Origin: an uncultured virus (IMG/VR IMGVR_UViG_3300024255_000007)
Taxonomy: Duplodnaviria; Heunggongvirae; Uroviricota; Caudoviricetes
IMG/VR virus record: IMGVR_UViG_3300024255_000007
Reading direction: 5' to 3' (one strand)
DNA length: 64,000 nt
The notes beneath the pieces are model-generated. The model did no database searches. It saw only the letters and a program-made list of their open reading frames with translations, and was not told the DNA's origin. Each line of letters opens with the position of its first letter. Positions within the stretch are counted from its first letter, which is position 1. Shown piece by piece: positions 45,303-57,400 of this stretch. The position numbers were made by a program, and so were the translations under genes.

Positions 45303-46787
45303 TTATAACTTTAAAATACACTCAACTAGCTTTTCAGCTATATCTAAACTGGTTTCTAATGCAACACCAACTCTAGGATTTCCATTATACTTAGTACTAG
45401 CAGTACCATCAGCATCTACATAGACAATTTGACCTTTTCGAACTTCGCCAATACATCTTACCGGAACACGTCCTTCTAACGCAATTGCTTGTCCGCTTGA
45501 TTCGCTATTCATTAAATAAGCAGGATTTTCTGATATAACGCCTACTGGAAAACTATCTAGTAAACACGGAGCAATTTCATGTGCGACATCTTCGCATACG
45601 TGCATAACTGTTCCTACTGGATGTGTTTCTCCAGTAGTATATTTCTCTGCCAAGTCAGCAAATCTAGCACTTGTTGCTACACCTTCAAATACATCTGCAA
45701 GTATTTTATTGTCGGCTGTTCTAATTGCAATTGTGCCACCTGTAGATGATTCAGAAGCATATGTATAAGCACTACCTGTATTCCCGTTACGTAATTGATT
45801 TGCATTATCTGCAATGCCCTTAAACGAAACTGCATGTACTTCATCAAATTTTAAGTTAGTTTCACCTATATTAAATGTTTCAGTAACAGCAGGTGTTAAT
45901 CCAGCACTTGTTATTGTTAAAGAATGTACATTGTTGCTTGATGCATTTTGTGTTATAAATTTAATTTCGTTAGAAGCGCCACTAGTGTTTTTAATTACGC
46001 CTGTATCATTTGCGGCGCCAGCTTCAGTAGTTAAACTAAACACTCCGTCTATAATCATTCCTTGTGATGCTTCAATAAGTTGATCAAATGTTGGATCTCC
46101 AGATTGTACAAAACTTGATGCTGATAAACCTTGTAATCTATCAGTATCAGTTGCTGTACCGTGGAATCTATATGCCGAAGTAGTTTCGCCTGTAGCACCA
46201 TCTGAATCACGTAATGTAATACCTTGTCTTACTACAGTAAATCCATCAATGGTATTTCCAGCAACGTTTTTAATTGTAAATGTTTCAGGGGAGAATACAG
46301 AAATTGGAACATTATTTACAGTTGAAATAATTACTGCTTTGGCTATATCTGAAGTATCTAAAACAGTTTTACTAACCATTTGAGTAGTATTTTCGCCTGC
46401 TCCTTGTGGACCAATTAAAATAAATTCTGTACTGTTGTAAACATATAACTGATCGTTAGCAGTATCCCACCAAAAATCACCTTGTGCAAGTCCTGTCGGT
46501 TGTGTAGAACTTGTCTGAGAACCACCAATTGTTCTCCAACTGCTGTTACCATCTCTAAACTTCATTTTATCGCTAGAGCTATCATACCAAACTTGACCGC
46601 TTAATGGTTTAGGTGGCTCATTTGCTCCTGCAAAATTTTCTAATAAAAACAAAAAGTTTTCATTGTGTATTTCGCCGTATCCAGCGTAGTTTTTACCAAC
46701 AAATTTTATATCTGTTGTTTCATCCAAAGTACCGTCTTGAACTGTAACAAGTGGTGTCCTGTTAAATCTATCAATTTGATAAGCCAT
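45303..46787 (-). CDS. Tail fibre/baseplate-associated protein with probable C-terminal chaperone/autocleavage-like domain
   Basis: Shared N-terminus VGKNYAGYG..ENF..LLENFA..GQVWYD; C-terminus ARFADLAEKY..GVIS.NPAYLMN..AL.GRVPV resembles fibre C-terminal (peptidase G2-like) domains. ATAAATA upstream at 46819-46825. Confidence 0.72.
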   Translation of the reverse strand: MAYQIDRFNRTPLVTVQDGTLDETTDIKFVGKNYAGYGEIHNENFLFLLENFAGANEPPKPLSGQVWYDSSSDKMKFRDGNSSWRTIGGSQTSSTQPTGLAQGDFWWDTANDQLYVYNSTEFILIGPQGAGENTTQMVSKTVLDTSDIAKAVIISTVNNVPISVFSPETFTIKNVAGNTIDGFTVVRQGITLRDSDGATGETTSAYRFHGTATDTDRLQGLSASSFVQSGDPTFDQLIEASQGMIIDGVFSLTTEAGAANDTGVIKNTSGASNEIKFITQNASSNNVHSLTITSAGLTPAVTETFNIGETNLKFDEVHAVSFKGIADNANQLRNGNTGSAYTYASESSTGGTIAIRTADNKILADVFEGVATSARFADLAEKYTTGETHPVGTVMHVCEDVAHEIAPCLLDSFPVGVISENPAYLMNSESSGQAIALEGRVPVRCIGEVRKGQIVYVDADGTASTKYNGNPRVGVALETSLDIAEKLVECILKL

Positions 46788-46828
46788 TTCGTGCTTCCCC
46801 TAATATGTTTACTATGTATATTTATTCA

Positions 46829-48685
46829 TTATGGACTAGGACTTGCATCTACTGTCCATACTCCGTTAGCAACAATAAATGCTCTAGTTTCTCGTGAAAC
46901 TACTAGCGTTACTGCTGTTGTAAGTGAATTTGGTAATGTAATACCTTGTACTACTGTAACTGGACTTCCTGTGCCACCTACAGGCTCAACATCTACAGTA
47001 CTTACTACTGTAGATCCTGATATGTTTATCGGATCAGTAGTTTGGTTACCATAGAATGTACAAGCTACTCTTGCTTGTTTACCGTTGTTTACTTGTGCCA
47101 CAGGATATAAATTAGTTAGCAATAAAATTATCTGATCGTTTGTTGTTGATGCCCAACCTGTTGTATCAAGTCCAAATATAATTCGCTGTGTTAAGTTTTG
47201 TGTATCTACGTAGGTTTTATTAGTTGCGTCTGCACCGGCTGTTGGTGTTAATAAATTTGTAATTTTACTAGCAGAAACATCAATGTCGCCGCCTACGTTT
47301 ATTGTAAATCCTGTACCAGACGATCTTGACAGTGTACTTCCGTCTATTCTAGTAGTGTCAACATTTAGTTGTGTTAGTGTGCCTAAGTTTTGTAGATTAC
47401 TGTTAACAACACTACTTGCTATTGTTGTTTGTGATAAAATATTAACATTATTAATTTTGTAAGATTTATTGTTTGCTAAATCAATATTTTCACTTGACGT
47501 CCAACTATCGCTGCCGTTTACCCAATTAAAAGTTTTGTCAGTAGCACCTTTTAACGTAATGCCGCCATCTGCTGCTGTAAGATCTGTAGGAGTAGTAACG
47601 TTACCAAGTACAATGTTTTTGTCCTCAACTTCTACAGTTTCGACATTAGTTGTTACGCTATCGCCTTCAACTGTTAAGTTTCCAGTAACACGCACGTCTC
47701 CAGTAACATCTAAGTTATAGCTAGGATTACCGTTAAAAATACCAACTCGTTGTGTGTTAGATTTAATAGTTAATGCGTTTGACTGACTTAAAGATGTTAA
47801 CACGCCGCCACTAGAGTTAACTACAATATTAAAATCTTGATTTGCTCTAGTATTTCGTATAGTATAACCATTTTCAATAACATGTGTTGTTTCGCCGTTA
47901 ACACCTACTGTTAATCCTTGGCTTGATTGCAGTTCTAAACTACCTTGAATTACTCCATTTTCGTCATTCTTCAACAGTCTAGATTCAGGAATAATTTCTC
48001 CTACAGCACTAACTAAATTTTCAGAGTTAAGAGATGTTCCTCTAAACTTAAAATCATCAATTGTGTCACTAGTACTAGGAAGAATATTTACTCCACGTTT
48101 AATAGTTCCTGCAGGATTAGACTCTGTTACTAATTCAGAAATTATGTTTCCAGGTAAAGGGTTAGGATTGAAGTCTGTGCCTGCACTTATTACTGCTTGT
48201 AAGGAATTGTTTACAAAAAGTTTTAATACTGTGCGTCCTCGTAGTCCGCTATCAAATATAGTGTCTGCAAATACACCTGTTTGCCCTTGATTTTTAGTAT
48301 AAGATGGACCTATTAATGTCCACTCTAAACCAGAGTATAAGTAAAATTGATTTTTTGTTGTATCGTACCAAGTATCTCCTTGTATAGCACCGCTAGGTTG
48401 TAAGTTACTGATGTAACTACCCGCAGCACTTTGAAATACTGTTCCGTCATAAATTTTAAGTTTGTTTTCGCTAGTATCATACCAAAGTTGTCCTTGTATT
48501 GGACTTACTGGTTCGTTTGGATTAGAAAAATTTTCTAAAAGTTTTACAAAGTTTTCATTGAAAGATTCACCATATCCTTTGTAGTTTCTACCTACTAAAC
48601 TTAAATCTGTAGTACTTGTATCAATAATCCCGTCGATTAAATCTACAAGTAGTGTACCGTCTGTTTTGTTTACTTGATATGCCAT
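46829..48685 (-). CDS. Tail fibre/baseplate-associated protein (618 aa)
   Basis: Same N-terminal module (VGRNYKGYG..ENF..LLENFS..GQLWYD); fibre motifs LDVTGDVRVTGNLTVEG and DATNKTYVD. Confidence 0.75.
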   Translation of the reverse strand: MAYQVNKTDGTLLVDLIDGIIDTSTTDLSLVGRNYKGYGESFNENFVKLLENFSNPNEPVSPIQGQLWYDTSENKLKIYDGTVFQSAAGSYISNLQPSGAIQGDTWYDTTKNQFYLYSGLEWTLIGPSYTKNQGQTGVFADTIFDSGLRGRTVLKLFVNNSLQAVISAGTDFNPNPLPGNIISELVTESNPAGTIKRGVNILPSTSDTIDDFKFRGTSLNSENLVSAVGEIIPESRLLKNDENGVIQGSLELQSSQGLTVGVNGETTHVIENGYTIRNTRANQDFNIVVNSSGGVLTSLSQSNALTIKSNTQRVGIFNGNPSYNLDVTGDVRVTGNLTVEGDSVTTNVETVEVEDKNIVLGNVTTPTDLTAADGGITLKGATDKTFNWVNGSDSWTSSENIDLANNKSYKINNVNILSQTTIASSVVNSNLQNLGTLTQLNVDTTRIDGSTLSRSSGTGFTINVGGDIDVSASKITNLLTPTAGADATNKTYVDTQNLTQRIIFGLDTTGWASTTNDQIILLLTNLYPVAQVNNGKQARVACTFYGNQTTDPINISGSTVVSTVDVEPVGGTGSPVTVVQGITLPNSLTTAVTLVVSRETRAFIVANGVWTVDASPSP

Positions 48686-48695
48686 TTATTTTTCC

Positions 48696-50786
48696 TTATT
48701 CCTTGTTTGCAAATATAATATAATTAACAGTTGCATAGGGAGGCATAATATCTAAGTTTCTACCTACGAGTTCGTTATCTACAGTGTTATATTGATCATT
48801 AGCATCTATACCGCCGCCTCGGATTTGACCTGATGATGGTATACCACTTACGTTTTCTGCACCTGTTGGTATACTTAATGACGGAACGTTATTACTTTGA
48901 TCCTCTTCAGCCGGTAAATCATCTCTAATAGCATAATGTTGTATGCCGCCCGGTGAAACTAAACTGTGTTCGTGTGCAGGTAAGTTATTTTTCTTAATTG
49001 TTTTACTCTCAGTGCCTGCTTTTCCGCCTACAAAACTTGCAGCAACATTCTGTGTTGTTTGTGCCGGGACGCCGCCCATTGTATCTGCACCTAGTAAAAA
49101 TCTTCCTCTAAAATCTGGTAATGCAAAATGTGTTGCTAAAGAATTTACTAGCTGACTTGCATCTTTAAAATTATATTGTATAATACTAAATAATTCTTGG
49201 TATACTTGTATTTGTATTTCTCTACCATCGCAAATTAACCATCCCGCTGGAGCTATTAATCCAGCAAATGGAACAATCATACCAACAGGATTTCTTGGTA
49301 CAGTAGAAATAAGATTAGCTTGTGTAATCCTATGTAGACCGTCTTGATCTCCTACTACTCTATTAATTAATATTTCGTCACTAGTTTCAACTGTATCTGT
49401 CAGTGGTTTATCAGAAACAAATCCTGGAGCAATACTTGTAGTAAATGTTTTAATAAGCGATCCTGCTCCGTCAAATGTAAACGATTCAGAACTAACATCA
49501 CCTAACATCCTAAATTCAGTTGCGTTTGTTAGTTTTGATGCCTCTGACGAAGCACCTGTAACTGTACCTTCAAATGTACCGTCAAATACTCCTGAGAATC
49601 TAGTTGCTTCGATTAAACTAAATCCAGTTAAAGTAGGAAGACTAGCAGCATCTAAATCAGGATCAGTAGATATGTTACCTGCAACTTTTATCTGTGATGC
49701 AAATGTTGTATCTCCTGCTACTTTCATATTACCTGCAATGCTTGCGCCGCCAGCTAACACTAATGCTCCTGAGGAATAATCATCATTAAATAGTACGTCA
49801 GCATCGTCTGTTCCAGAAATACTAACATTAGTTAAAACCTTTAAATCTCCCGAAACATCTAAAGTTGCTTGCGGATCTTCATTAGCAATACCTACAGAAT
49901 CATTAATTGTTCGAATTATAGTTTTGTAATTACCTGACGCTTCTTTAAGTTGTACGTCTATACTTGCACCTGTAAAGTTATTTCGTATCAAAGCACGATC
50001 ATTTGCTGCGCCTATAGTAACTTGTCCGTTTTCACCTACAGTAATACCTTGGTTATTCTTGATTTTCAAGGTACTAGTACTTGTGCTGTTAACATCTCCT
50101 CTAAGGAAATTTTCAGCAGGAACATTAGAATTGCTTATAACAAGGGATTCTGCACTTTGTGCAATACCGTTGTATTTAGGTACACCATTTTCAAAATTTC
50201 TTGTGCTTAAATTGTACCCAGGACTTAATTTTGTAAATCCTCTAATTGTAACTTTTGGTGTAAATCCTTGTTGCGAAACAATTGCTACTGGATTATTATC
50301 AACTTCAATTCTTAATATTGTGTATAATCGGTCATCTGTTCCTAAAATTTGCTCTGCTCTTACACCTGTAGCAAGCCCTTGACTAAATTCAGGTCCTACT
50401 AATATCCATGCTCCGCCATTATTAAGATATAATTGTTGGTTAGCAGTATCAACCCAAAGGTCGCCTTTGATACTAGTATCTATATCAGGTTGATTATTAC
50501 CTTTTTTAACGCCGCCGCTTGCAACCCAGTTTGTTCCATCATAAACTTTAAGTTGATTAACAGTTGTCGAATTATCATACCAAACTTGTCCTTCAGCAGG
50601 ATTAGCTGGTGGATTTGGTGCAGCAAAGTTTTCTAATAAGTGTAAAAAGTTTTCAGCAATATCTTGGCCGTAACTTGTACTTTGTTTTCCAGGAAATCTT
50701 AAACTTGTATCAGTATTAATTTCTCTGTCTTCAACAATGAGCTCACCCTTATTAATGTTGTCAGTAAATCTAACGGTATAAGGCAT
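48696..50786 (-). CDS. Tail fibre protein with tail-collar domain (696 aa)
   Basis: Same N-terminal module; PVGMIVPFAG..PAGWLICDG..Y.ELF..FALPDFRGRF..G collar motif; NLPAHEH; MPPY..VNYII. Confidence 0.88.
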   Translation of the reverse strand: MPYTVRFTDNINKGELIVEDREINTDTSLRFPGKQSTSYGQDIAENFLHLLENFAAPNPPANPAEGQVWYDNSTTVNQLKVYDGTNWVASGGVKKGNNQPDIDTSIKGDLWVDTANQQLYLNNGGAWILVGPEFSQGLATGVRAEQILGTDDRLYTILRIEVDNNPVAIVSQQGFTPKVTIRGFTKLSPGYNLSTRNFENGVPKYNGIAQSAESLVISNSNVPAENFLRGDVNSTSTSTLKIKNNQGITVGENGQVTIGAANDRALIRNNFTGASIDVQLKEASGNYKTIIRTINDSVGIANEDPQATLDVSGDLKVLTNVSISGTDDADVLFNDDYSSGALVLAGGASIAGNMKVAGDTTFASQIKVAGNISTDPDLDAASLPTLTGFSLIEATRFSGVFDGTFEGTVTGASSEASKLTNATEFRMLGDVSSESFTFDGAGSLIKTFTTSIAPGFVSDKPLTDTVETSDEILINRVVGDQDGLHRITQANLISTVPRNPVGMIVPFAGLIAPAGWLICDGREIQIQVYQELFSIIQYNFKDASQLVNSLATHFALPDFRGRFLLGADTMGGVPAQTTQNVAASFVGGKAGTESKTIKKNNLPAHEHSLVSPGGIQHYAIRDDLPAEEDQSNNVPSLSIPTGAENVSGIPSSGQIRGGGIDANDQYNTVDNELVGRNLDIMPPYATVNYIIFANKE

Positions 50787-51397
50787 TACGAATTACCTCC
50801 GCTTAGACTTTGCACTCTAACAGTATAATCAATTTGTATAAGTCTGTTTAATGATTTTTGTACAGGATGAAAAACAACGTGGGTAAGCAGTCTACCTCCG
50901 CCTAAACTTCCTGTAGAACTTGTAGAACGTAATCCTAATTCGTCAAAGACATAAAGCGCATCTTGATCAGTGGCAGTATCAAAAGCATCTTGTCCATCTG
51001 GTTCACCATAATCAAGTAAACATGTAACTAAAATATCAGTATAGTTTGTACCATTTAAGTGTCTAGTTTCAATTTTGTTTCTAGTAGGATCAATATTATT
51101 CTTATTTCTATCATCTACAATTTTTGTAAATGTTTGGTTATATAATCCTGCATTTGTGCCGGTACTATTTGGTGTCAAATATGTAATAATTCCGGTTGGG
51201 TCAACATTTGTACCGCCATTACCAAAGCTCATCTCTGCGATTGGGCCTTGTCCTGAATTGCCCAAACTCTCTGCTAATGCAATACTCATATTTTCGTAAT
51301 GTATTGCGTTCTTTTTGTCTACAAAAACTTCACCAGATTCAGGATTGTGAATCTTTATATGTCCTTGTAAATATACGCCACTGTTTTCATTAATCAT
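50786..51397 (-). CDS. Probable virion structural (baseplate/tail) protein, 203 aa
   Basis: AGGAG RBS and ATAAATA at 51421-51427; FDELGL...LLTHVVFHPVQKSLNRLIQIDYTVR; position between the giant gene and the fibre genes. Confidence 0.7.
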   Translation of the reverse strand: MINENSGVYLQGHIKIHNPESGEVFVDKKNAIHYENMSIALAESLGNSGQGPIAEMSFGNGGTNVDPTGIITYLTPNSTGTNAGLYNQTFTKIVDDRNKNNIDPTRNKIETRHLNGTNYTDILVTCLLDYGEPDGQDAFDTATDQDALYVFDELGLRSTSSTGSLGGGRLLTHVVFHPVQKSLNRLIQIDYTVRVQSLSGGNS

Positions 51398-51423
51398 TAG
51401 TTTGTTTACTCCTGCTAGTGTAT

Positions 51424-54400
51424 TTATTCAGGTAATTCACTTATGCTTCCGCGCAAGAAATTTCCAATGTCATTTTGTAAGTCTTTTATAGGAGTTCCTG
51501 TTGGACCCCATATTTGACCTGTTTTTCTAATTATTGTTACTCGTTTATCTTCTTCAATTGGGGTTAAAAGTACTAATGTACTACCCGATAATGTAAATTC
51601 AGGAGCAAGTGTTATATCGCCTTCGGGCGAATCTAATTCTGATCCTATTACAAATTTTTCTAATGCTGTTTTTCTTAACCGTTTACCAGCTGCAAATACT
51701 TCAAATTCATTTACACTATTCGGTACAAAGTCTAATTCAAAATTTGTTTGACCCTGTGTTGCAATAAAATTTTGTACATGCGTTTTGTCAGCATACGGAA
51801 TATTTTTCTCTCTACCTGCTGGTTCAATTTTTGTACCAGCATAATGTATATCTTTAATACCTGTACCTAATGTACCTCTACGCAACTGTCTTAACAAATT
51901 ATTATCTTTTACAAGATATTCTATTCTTTCGCCATTAATGAAAACAACACCTGGAATATTATTACGTCTGTCTGGATCAGGTAATTGCGATGTATCTACT
52001 ACATTAATACGCAAATCATCGTTAAGTAAATCTGTTTGTAAAGTTATATTTAACGCATTGTCTAGTCTCTTATACATATTTCTGTTTAATATGTCTTGGA
52101 ACTGTCTCCATGCAATTTTAGGTGTAGATAATGGAGCTGAGAAATGTATAACATCTACAGTGTCATTTTCTGTTAATTGGGTATTAAGTATTACATGCTG
52201 TTTGTCATCACTTAATGAATAATCAACATTTGGTTGTAATAGTTCACCGTTTATAATTGTCCAAACGTACTGCGATGCTATAGCAGGATCATTAAGTCTA
52301 ATCTTACCTCCTAAAATACTATGGAAGCGAGTAAACTCATCTGTTCCTACAGTTAAACTACTACGTGCTAACGCTGTATACGAATATCTTTCTATTTCGT
52401 TAACACCGTGATTACTAAATGTGTAAACATTAATTATATCGTCTTGTTGTGGTCCAGCAAAGTTATCTGTAAATGTTAACACATTACCTTCAATTATGTA
52501 ATCAGCTAAATCCATTGTAAACAACTCGAGCTTATCACCTAATTTTAATATACCCGGATCAAGTATAATACTTGAATTACCAATGTTTACAAGATATTGT
52601 GTTCCTTGGTTTAATAATGTATCGTTGAGATAAACTTTAAGTAATGACGGTTGTAATGTAGATACTGCTACTTGGAATTTTTCAAATTCATATTCTCTTG
52701 TTAACGGGCTGTCTATAGTAAACTGTCTACTATATCCTGGCATTAACACTTTATTGTCAACTTCAACTATTGTATAAAATCCTTCAGGCTTACTATACAA
52801 CGGAGTTACAGGTAACGTATATGTTTTAGTGCCGCCTGTTGCTACTAATACAGATTTAGCAACTTTACTATAATTAATTTCATCTTTGTTACTATAAATT
52901 TCATACTCTAGTGTGGAGCCTGCTTCTGTACTAACTGTAAATTCAAACTCTACTCGATTATTAGCACTCTTACGTGCATTTACTGCTTCTGGTGAATGTG
53001 CTTCTCCGTCTATTGTAGTAACAATTTGAAGATCATCTTGCCATGCAACACTTGTTTCAAAAATAGTAGTACTACCGTCAGCAACGTGAGAGTCAATATC
53101 TAATATATTTTGTCCGTTTTTACCAATTGTTAAAATTGTTAATAGTTGATCTACAGTAGGTGCTGATGTAAACGTTAATGTATTCTGTTTAAGATCTATA
53201 GTATAGTCATGGACTATATTAGAGTTAATCTTAACAATAACTGCATCAGGACTATTTGGTTGTATTACTAAATCATAAACTGTTGTGCCGTCTGTAATAA
53301 AGTTTTGGCTATATATTTGTCCTGTGCCAGTACCTGATCTTTCAAATACTTTTATATCTACTGTATCTAGTACTTGTCCTGCAACTAGTTCTTCAGTGCC
53401 AGCTGCGTTGTTCGGAGTTACAAATAAGTCTCCGTCTACTATAATATCTTCAGAAGCTGTTCCGCCGGCATTACCATAATTTAATTGGCCGCCACTAAGT
53501 TGTGTATCATAACTATCAGTATCAGGATTTACTGTACCTTCACTTGTAATTTTGCGTACAATTAAGATATCGTCAGTATTTAGATCTATACCTAATTCTG
53601 CGAGATTTATCAACGTTTGTTGGCCGTCTCCTACAATCGAAGTCATAATAGCATTAGGATTTGTAGGATTAGCTGGGTAATTAGAATCATCTATTCTAAC
53701 ACCATTTCTGTATATATTGTATGTAACACCGTCTTCTAATGCACTATCTAACTCAATTATAATAGTTGTACCGTCTGCATAAAAAACATGATCTTCATAT
53801 GTATTATCATATGTGTCCCATGGTGTTGTAAACCATCCATCAGTGTCCCATCCTGACTCAGTATCAAAATCAAAGCTACGTACTTCAACACCGCCAAAAT
53901 CAATACCTGTCATAACTTGTGATAATTCAGCGCCTAACATACCTGTAGTTGGGTCGTAAAAATTAGTTACTCTATCAGCTGCATTTAACATGCTAACATC
54001 TTTAGAATAACTTACAGTTATTACACTGTTAAGTGCAGGGGGAGTTACAAAATTAATACGTCCTAACGATCTAGTATAGGACTTAGTAGTATCTTTTACG
54101 TTTTCATATGTGTACTGACTTCTTAATTGTTTTTCTCCGTCTATAATAATCTCAAGTTTATTAGTTCTAAGATCCATTGGATATTTTAAATCAAATACTA
54201 ATTTTGCAGCAGTACCGGTAAATGTTTCTATTTCAGGCAATACGTTATATACAAAAGTTTTTGACGTTCTATCAAACTTCATTGCAACATGCATTGTTTT
54301 TGTGAGTGTTTCGCCTAATATTGCAGTAGCAATAGCAGTTTCTCCGCCATCTTGAACACTACCTTCTAAAATTACTGTTGGAGCACTAGTATAGCCGCTG

Positions 54401-57400
54401 CCAGGATTAGTTATTTCAATTTTATTAACTTTTCCTCTAGCAATATATGAATGAGCTACTGCACCTGTGCCGCCGCCACCTTCAAAGATCACCTTAGGTG
54501 GATAAGTGTAACTGTTGCCGCCATCATAAATTTCTACCGAAGTAATTTTATAACCTGCATTATCATACCAATTCTTATCAGGGTATTCATTAAATCTTCC
54601 TTCAGATCCAATAAATTGATTACCTCTAACTTTTAAATTGCTGGGAACTATTTTACCGTCTTGATAAATCGGCGGTACATCAAAATCTGATGTAAGAGTA
54701 TTAGTATTGTCAGTTCTTTCATAAGAACTTAGATATTCTCTAATATTTGTTTTATAAGGTTTTACTTCCTCAATATACTCATTATAGCTTGGTAAGTTAT
54801 CGTTGTTAAATGTAATGTCTTCTCTTAATTCACCTACATTGTGTTTTGCTTTAACAAAACTAGTTTTGAATACCCAATCTACATTAGGTTGCTCACTTAG
54901 TACATAACGTATACTGCTGAAAAATAATTCATTATACTCAGATCTTAAATTATCTACTAAAATATCATACCTTAGTGCATCTAATATGTTTCTAATTTCA
55001 ACATTTGGTTCATTATCATAAAAGTTGCCGTCGAATGTAAAACTATCAAATCCCGATGCATTAGTTGAAACTGTATAAACAGCTGGATCAATTTCAATCG
55101 TTCCATTTTCACGACCAATTGTAGTATAATCGTCAGTGTAATTTCTACTGCCTGTGTCAGCAGTCTTCTGTAATAATAACCAACCGCCGGAACCAATGTT
55201 ACTAATCTTAGTTATATCTCCGATTCTATCGTCAACGTTTTCTAGTTCATAACTTTGTGAAACTAAATGGTTTATAGTTGTAAATTGATTGTAACCTGCT
55301 GCAAACCAATTTGTATAGTTCCAATAATTACCAGTATTATAAGACTGTACTTGTACTCTTTCCCATATTAAATCTATATGATTCCACTCATATATTGACC
55401 AACGTCCGTTTGCTGTTTCGTCATTATTAACTAGTACACGTAACTTTCTAAATAATAACTGAGTAGTATCTTCAAAATTTGTGCCGCCATTTAAAATCTC
55501 TATCGATGCTAGACTGCCGTCAATATTATTAATTGTAGTAGCAATTTCTAAATCTGATCCTGCACCTACAATATTATACGACGGTCCTTTAAGTGTACCG
55601 TTAATATCTTTGTACGATCTGCCTCTATCTAGTATTCGAGCCCTAGTAACAACACCTTCATTAACTATTAAATCAACAATCGCAGGTCTTGCCTTTGCTG
55701 TTCCAACAAATTGTAAATCATCAATTGTATCAATTACAACATCGTATTCTCTTTTATATGTGCTAGGTGGAGTATCTTTACTTGTCAATCTTGTAAAATC
55801 AAAATCATCAACTATAATATTTTCTTTTAATACAGAATTTGCTCTTTCGACAACTTGTTTTAAAGCCTCATGTCTATTAATAAACCAACTTTGTCTTGGC
55901 TGATAGTTTATTCCGTACTTTTCTCTAACTGTTAAATCGTTATCTGGAACATGACGTCCTTGGACATCGTATCCTACTAAACTGTCTATCCATTTTTGTG
56001 ATATTTCAGCAGACGGTTCACTAGTTTCTAATCCTTGTGATATTAATTGATACTGTGTATGTATATTCTGTTCTTGATTATCAAGTGTATAATAATCAAC
56101 ATGCAATACAATATCATCGTCTTTGAAAAGACTTTGACAATTATATAACACAAATCTATCATTACTTAATAATGCTGCAAATTGATATCCTTGAGCTTTT
56201 GGATTTCCTATTAACGAAGATACTTGACCAGCACTTATAGTTCTACTTTGATCGCTAGGTATAGTTAGTTTGTTTTTAACCCAATAAAAATACTTTGTGC
56301 CAAAAGATTTACTAACATTATCATATGTTAATTTTTGTGAGTAAGCAGCATCACTGTATTTTGTTTGTCCACTTATTCCTTTAGCATACCCTTCTGGTGT
56401 ATCGGCCTGTGCGTCCCATTCTGAAGGTAATAAACTACTTTCTACCCATTCATACACATCTATAGAATATGTACTAATCATTGAGTGCCATGTTTGTGCT
56501 TGCTCTAATGGTTCTCCTTGGTAATGGTTATGGAATCTAGCGGTACTAATGTCCCACCATAATTTTCCTACATAATTAGATTCCCAATTATCAGTATCAT
56601 TAAATATATTAATATCAGAAGTAACATTATATTTTGCAAGATCAATAGAACTTTTAAAAGTTAATTCTTGTTCTGCAGGACCTGGAATTTTTCCTTGATG
56701 TATATCAACATAGTCTAGATTTTTAACTAGCTGTCCAGTTTTTCTATTGTATAAGAATACTTTTCTAATTTTAGTTGTATCAACAACTGGATTAGCTGAG
56801 CGGATAACATTCCAAGATTTTGTTCCTTTTGGTGAAATATAATTAATAACTTGTCCATCGTTTATTACATCTTCTGATGCAGGTTGTCCTGCACAGCCTA
56901 CGTAAATATGATTTCTGTTTATTAATAAAGTTTCAGCAAATCTGCTAGATTTTATATTACTATATTCTAGCTCTTCAGCAAATATATACCCGTTATCAAA
57001 TTTTTCGTAAAGTGTAACACTTCCGCTATCAATTTGAGTATTAACAAATTTAGTAAATCTATTATCAAGTATTGTCGTATCATCATCATATGTAGTATTA
57101 GCTGTTATATCTCCGTTGAACGATGATATAGCAATGATATCTTCTGTAGCACTTACTTTTGTACCAAACTTTCTTGCTAATTCAGTTTCGTTTCCAATTA
57201 ATGTGTCAGTAAGTACGAAACTTGTACCAATGCGAGTGTAAACATATACTTTACCGGTATCATATCCGTTATCGTCATTTCCGGGATCTCCAACAACTAG
57301 TGTATTACCATTAGGAGTAACATCGATACTTGATGCCCATTGTGTATTACTTGTTGGTGCAACAAGTGTTTGGCTCCAAATATATCTACCTTCTGAATTT

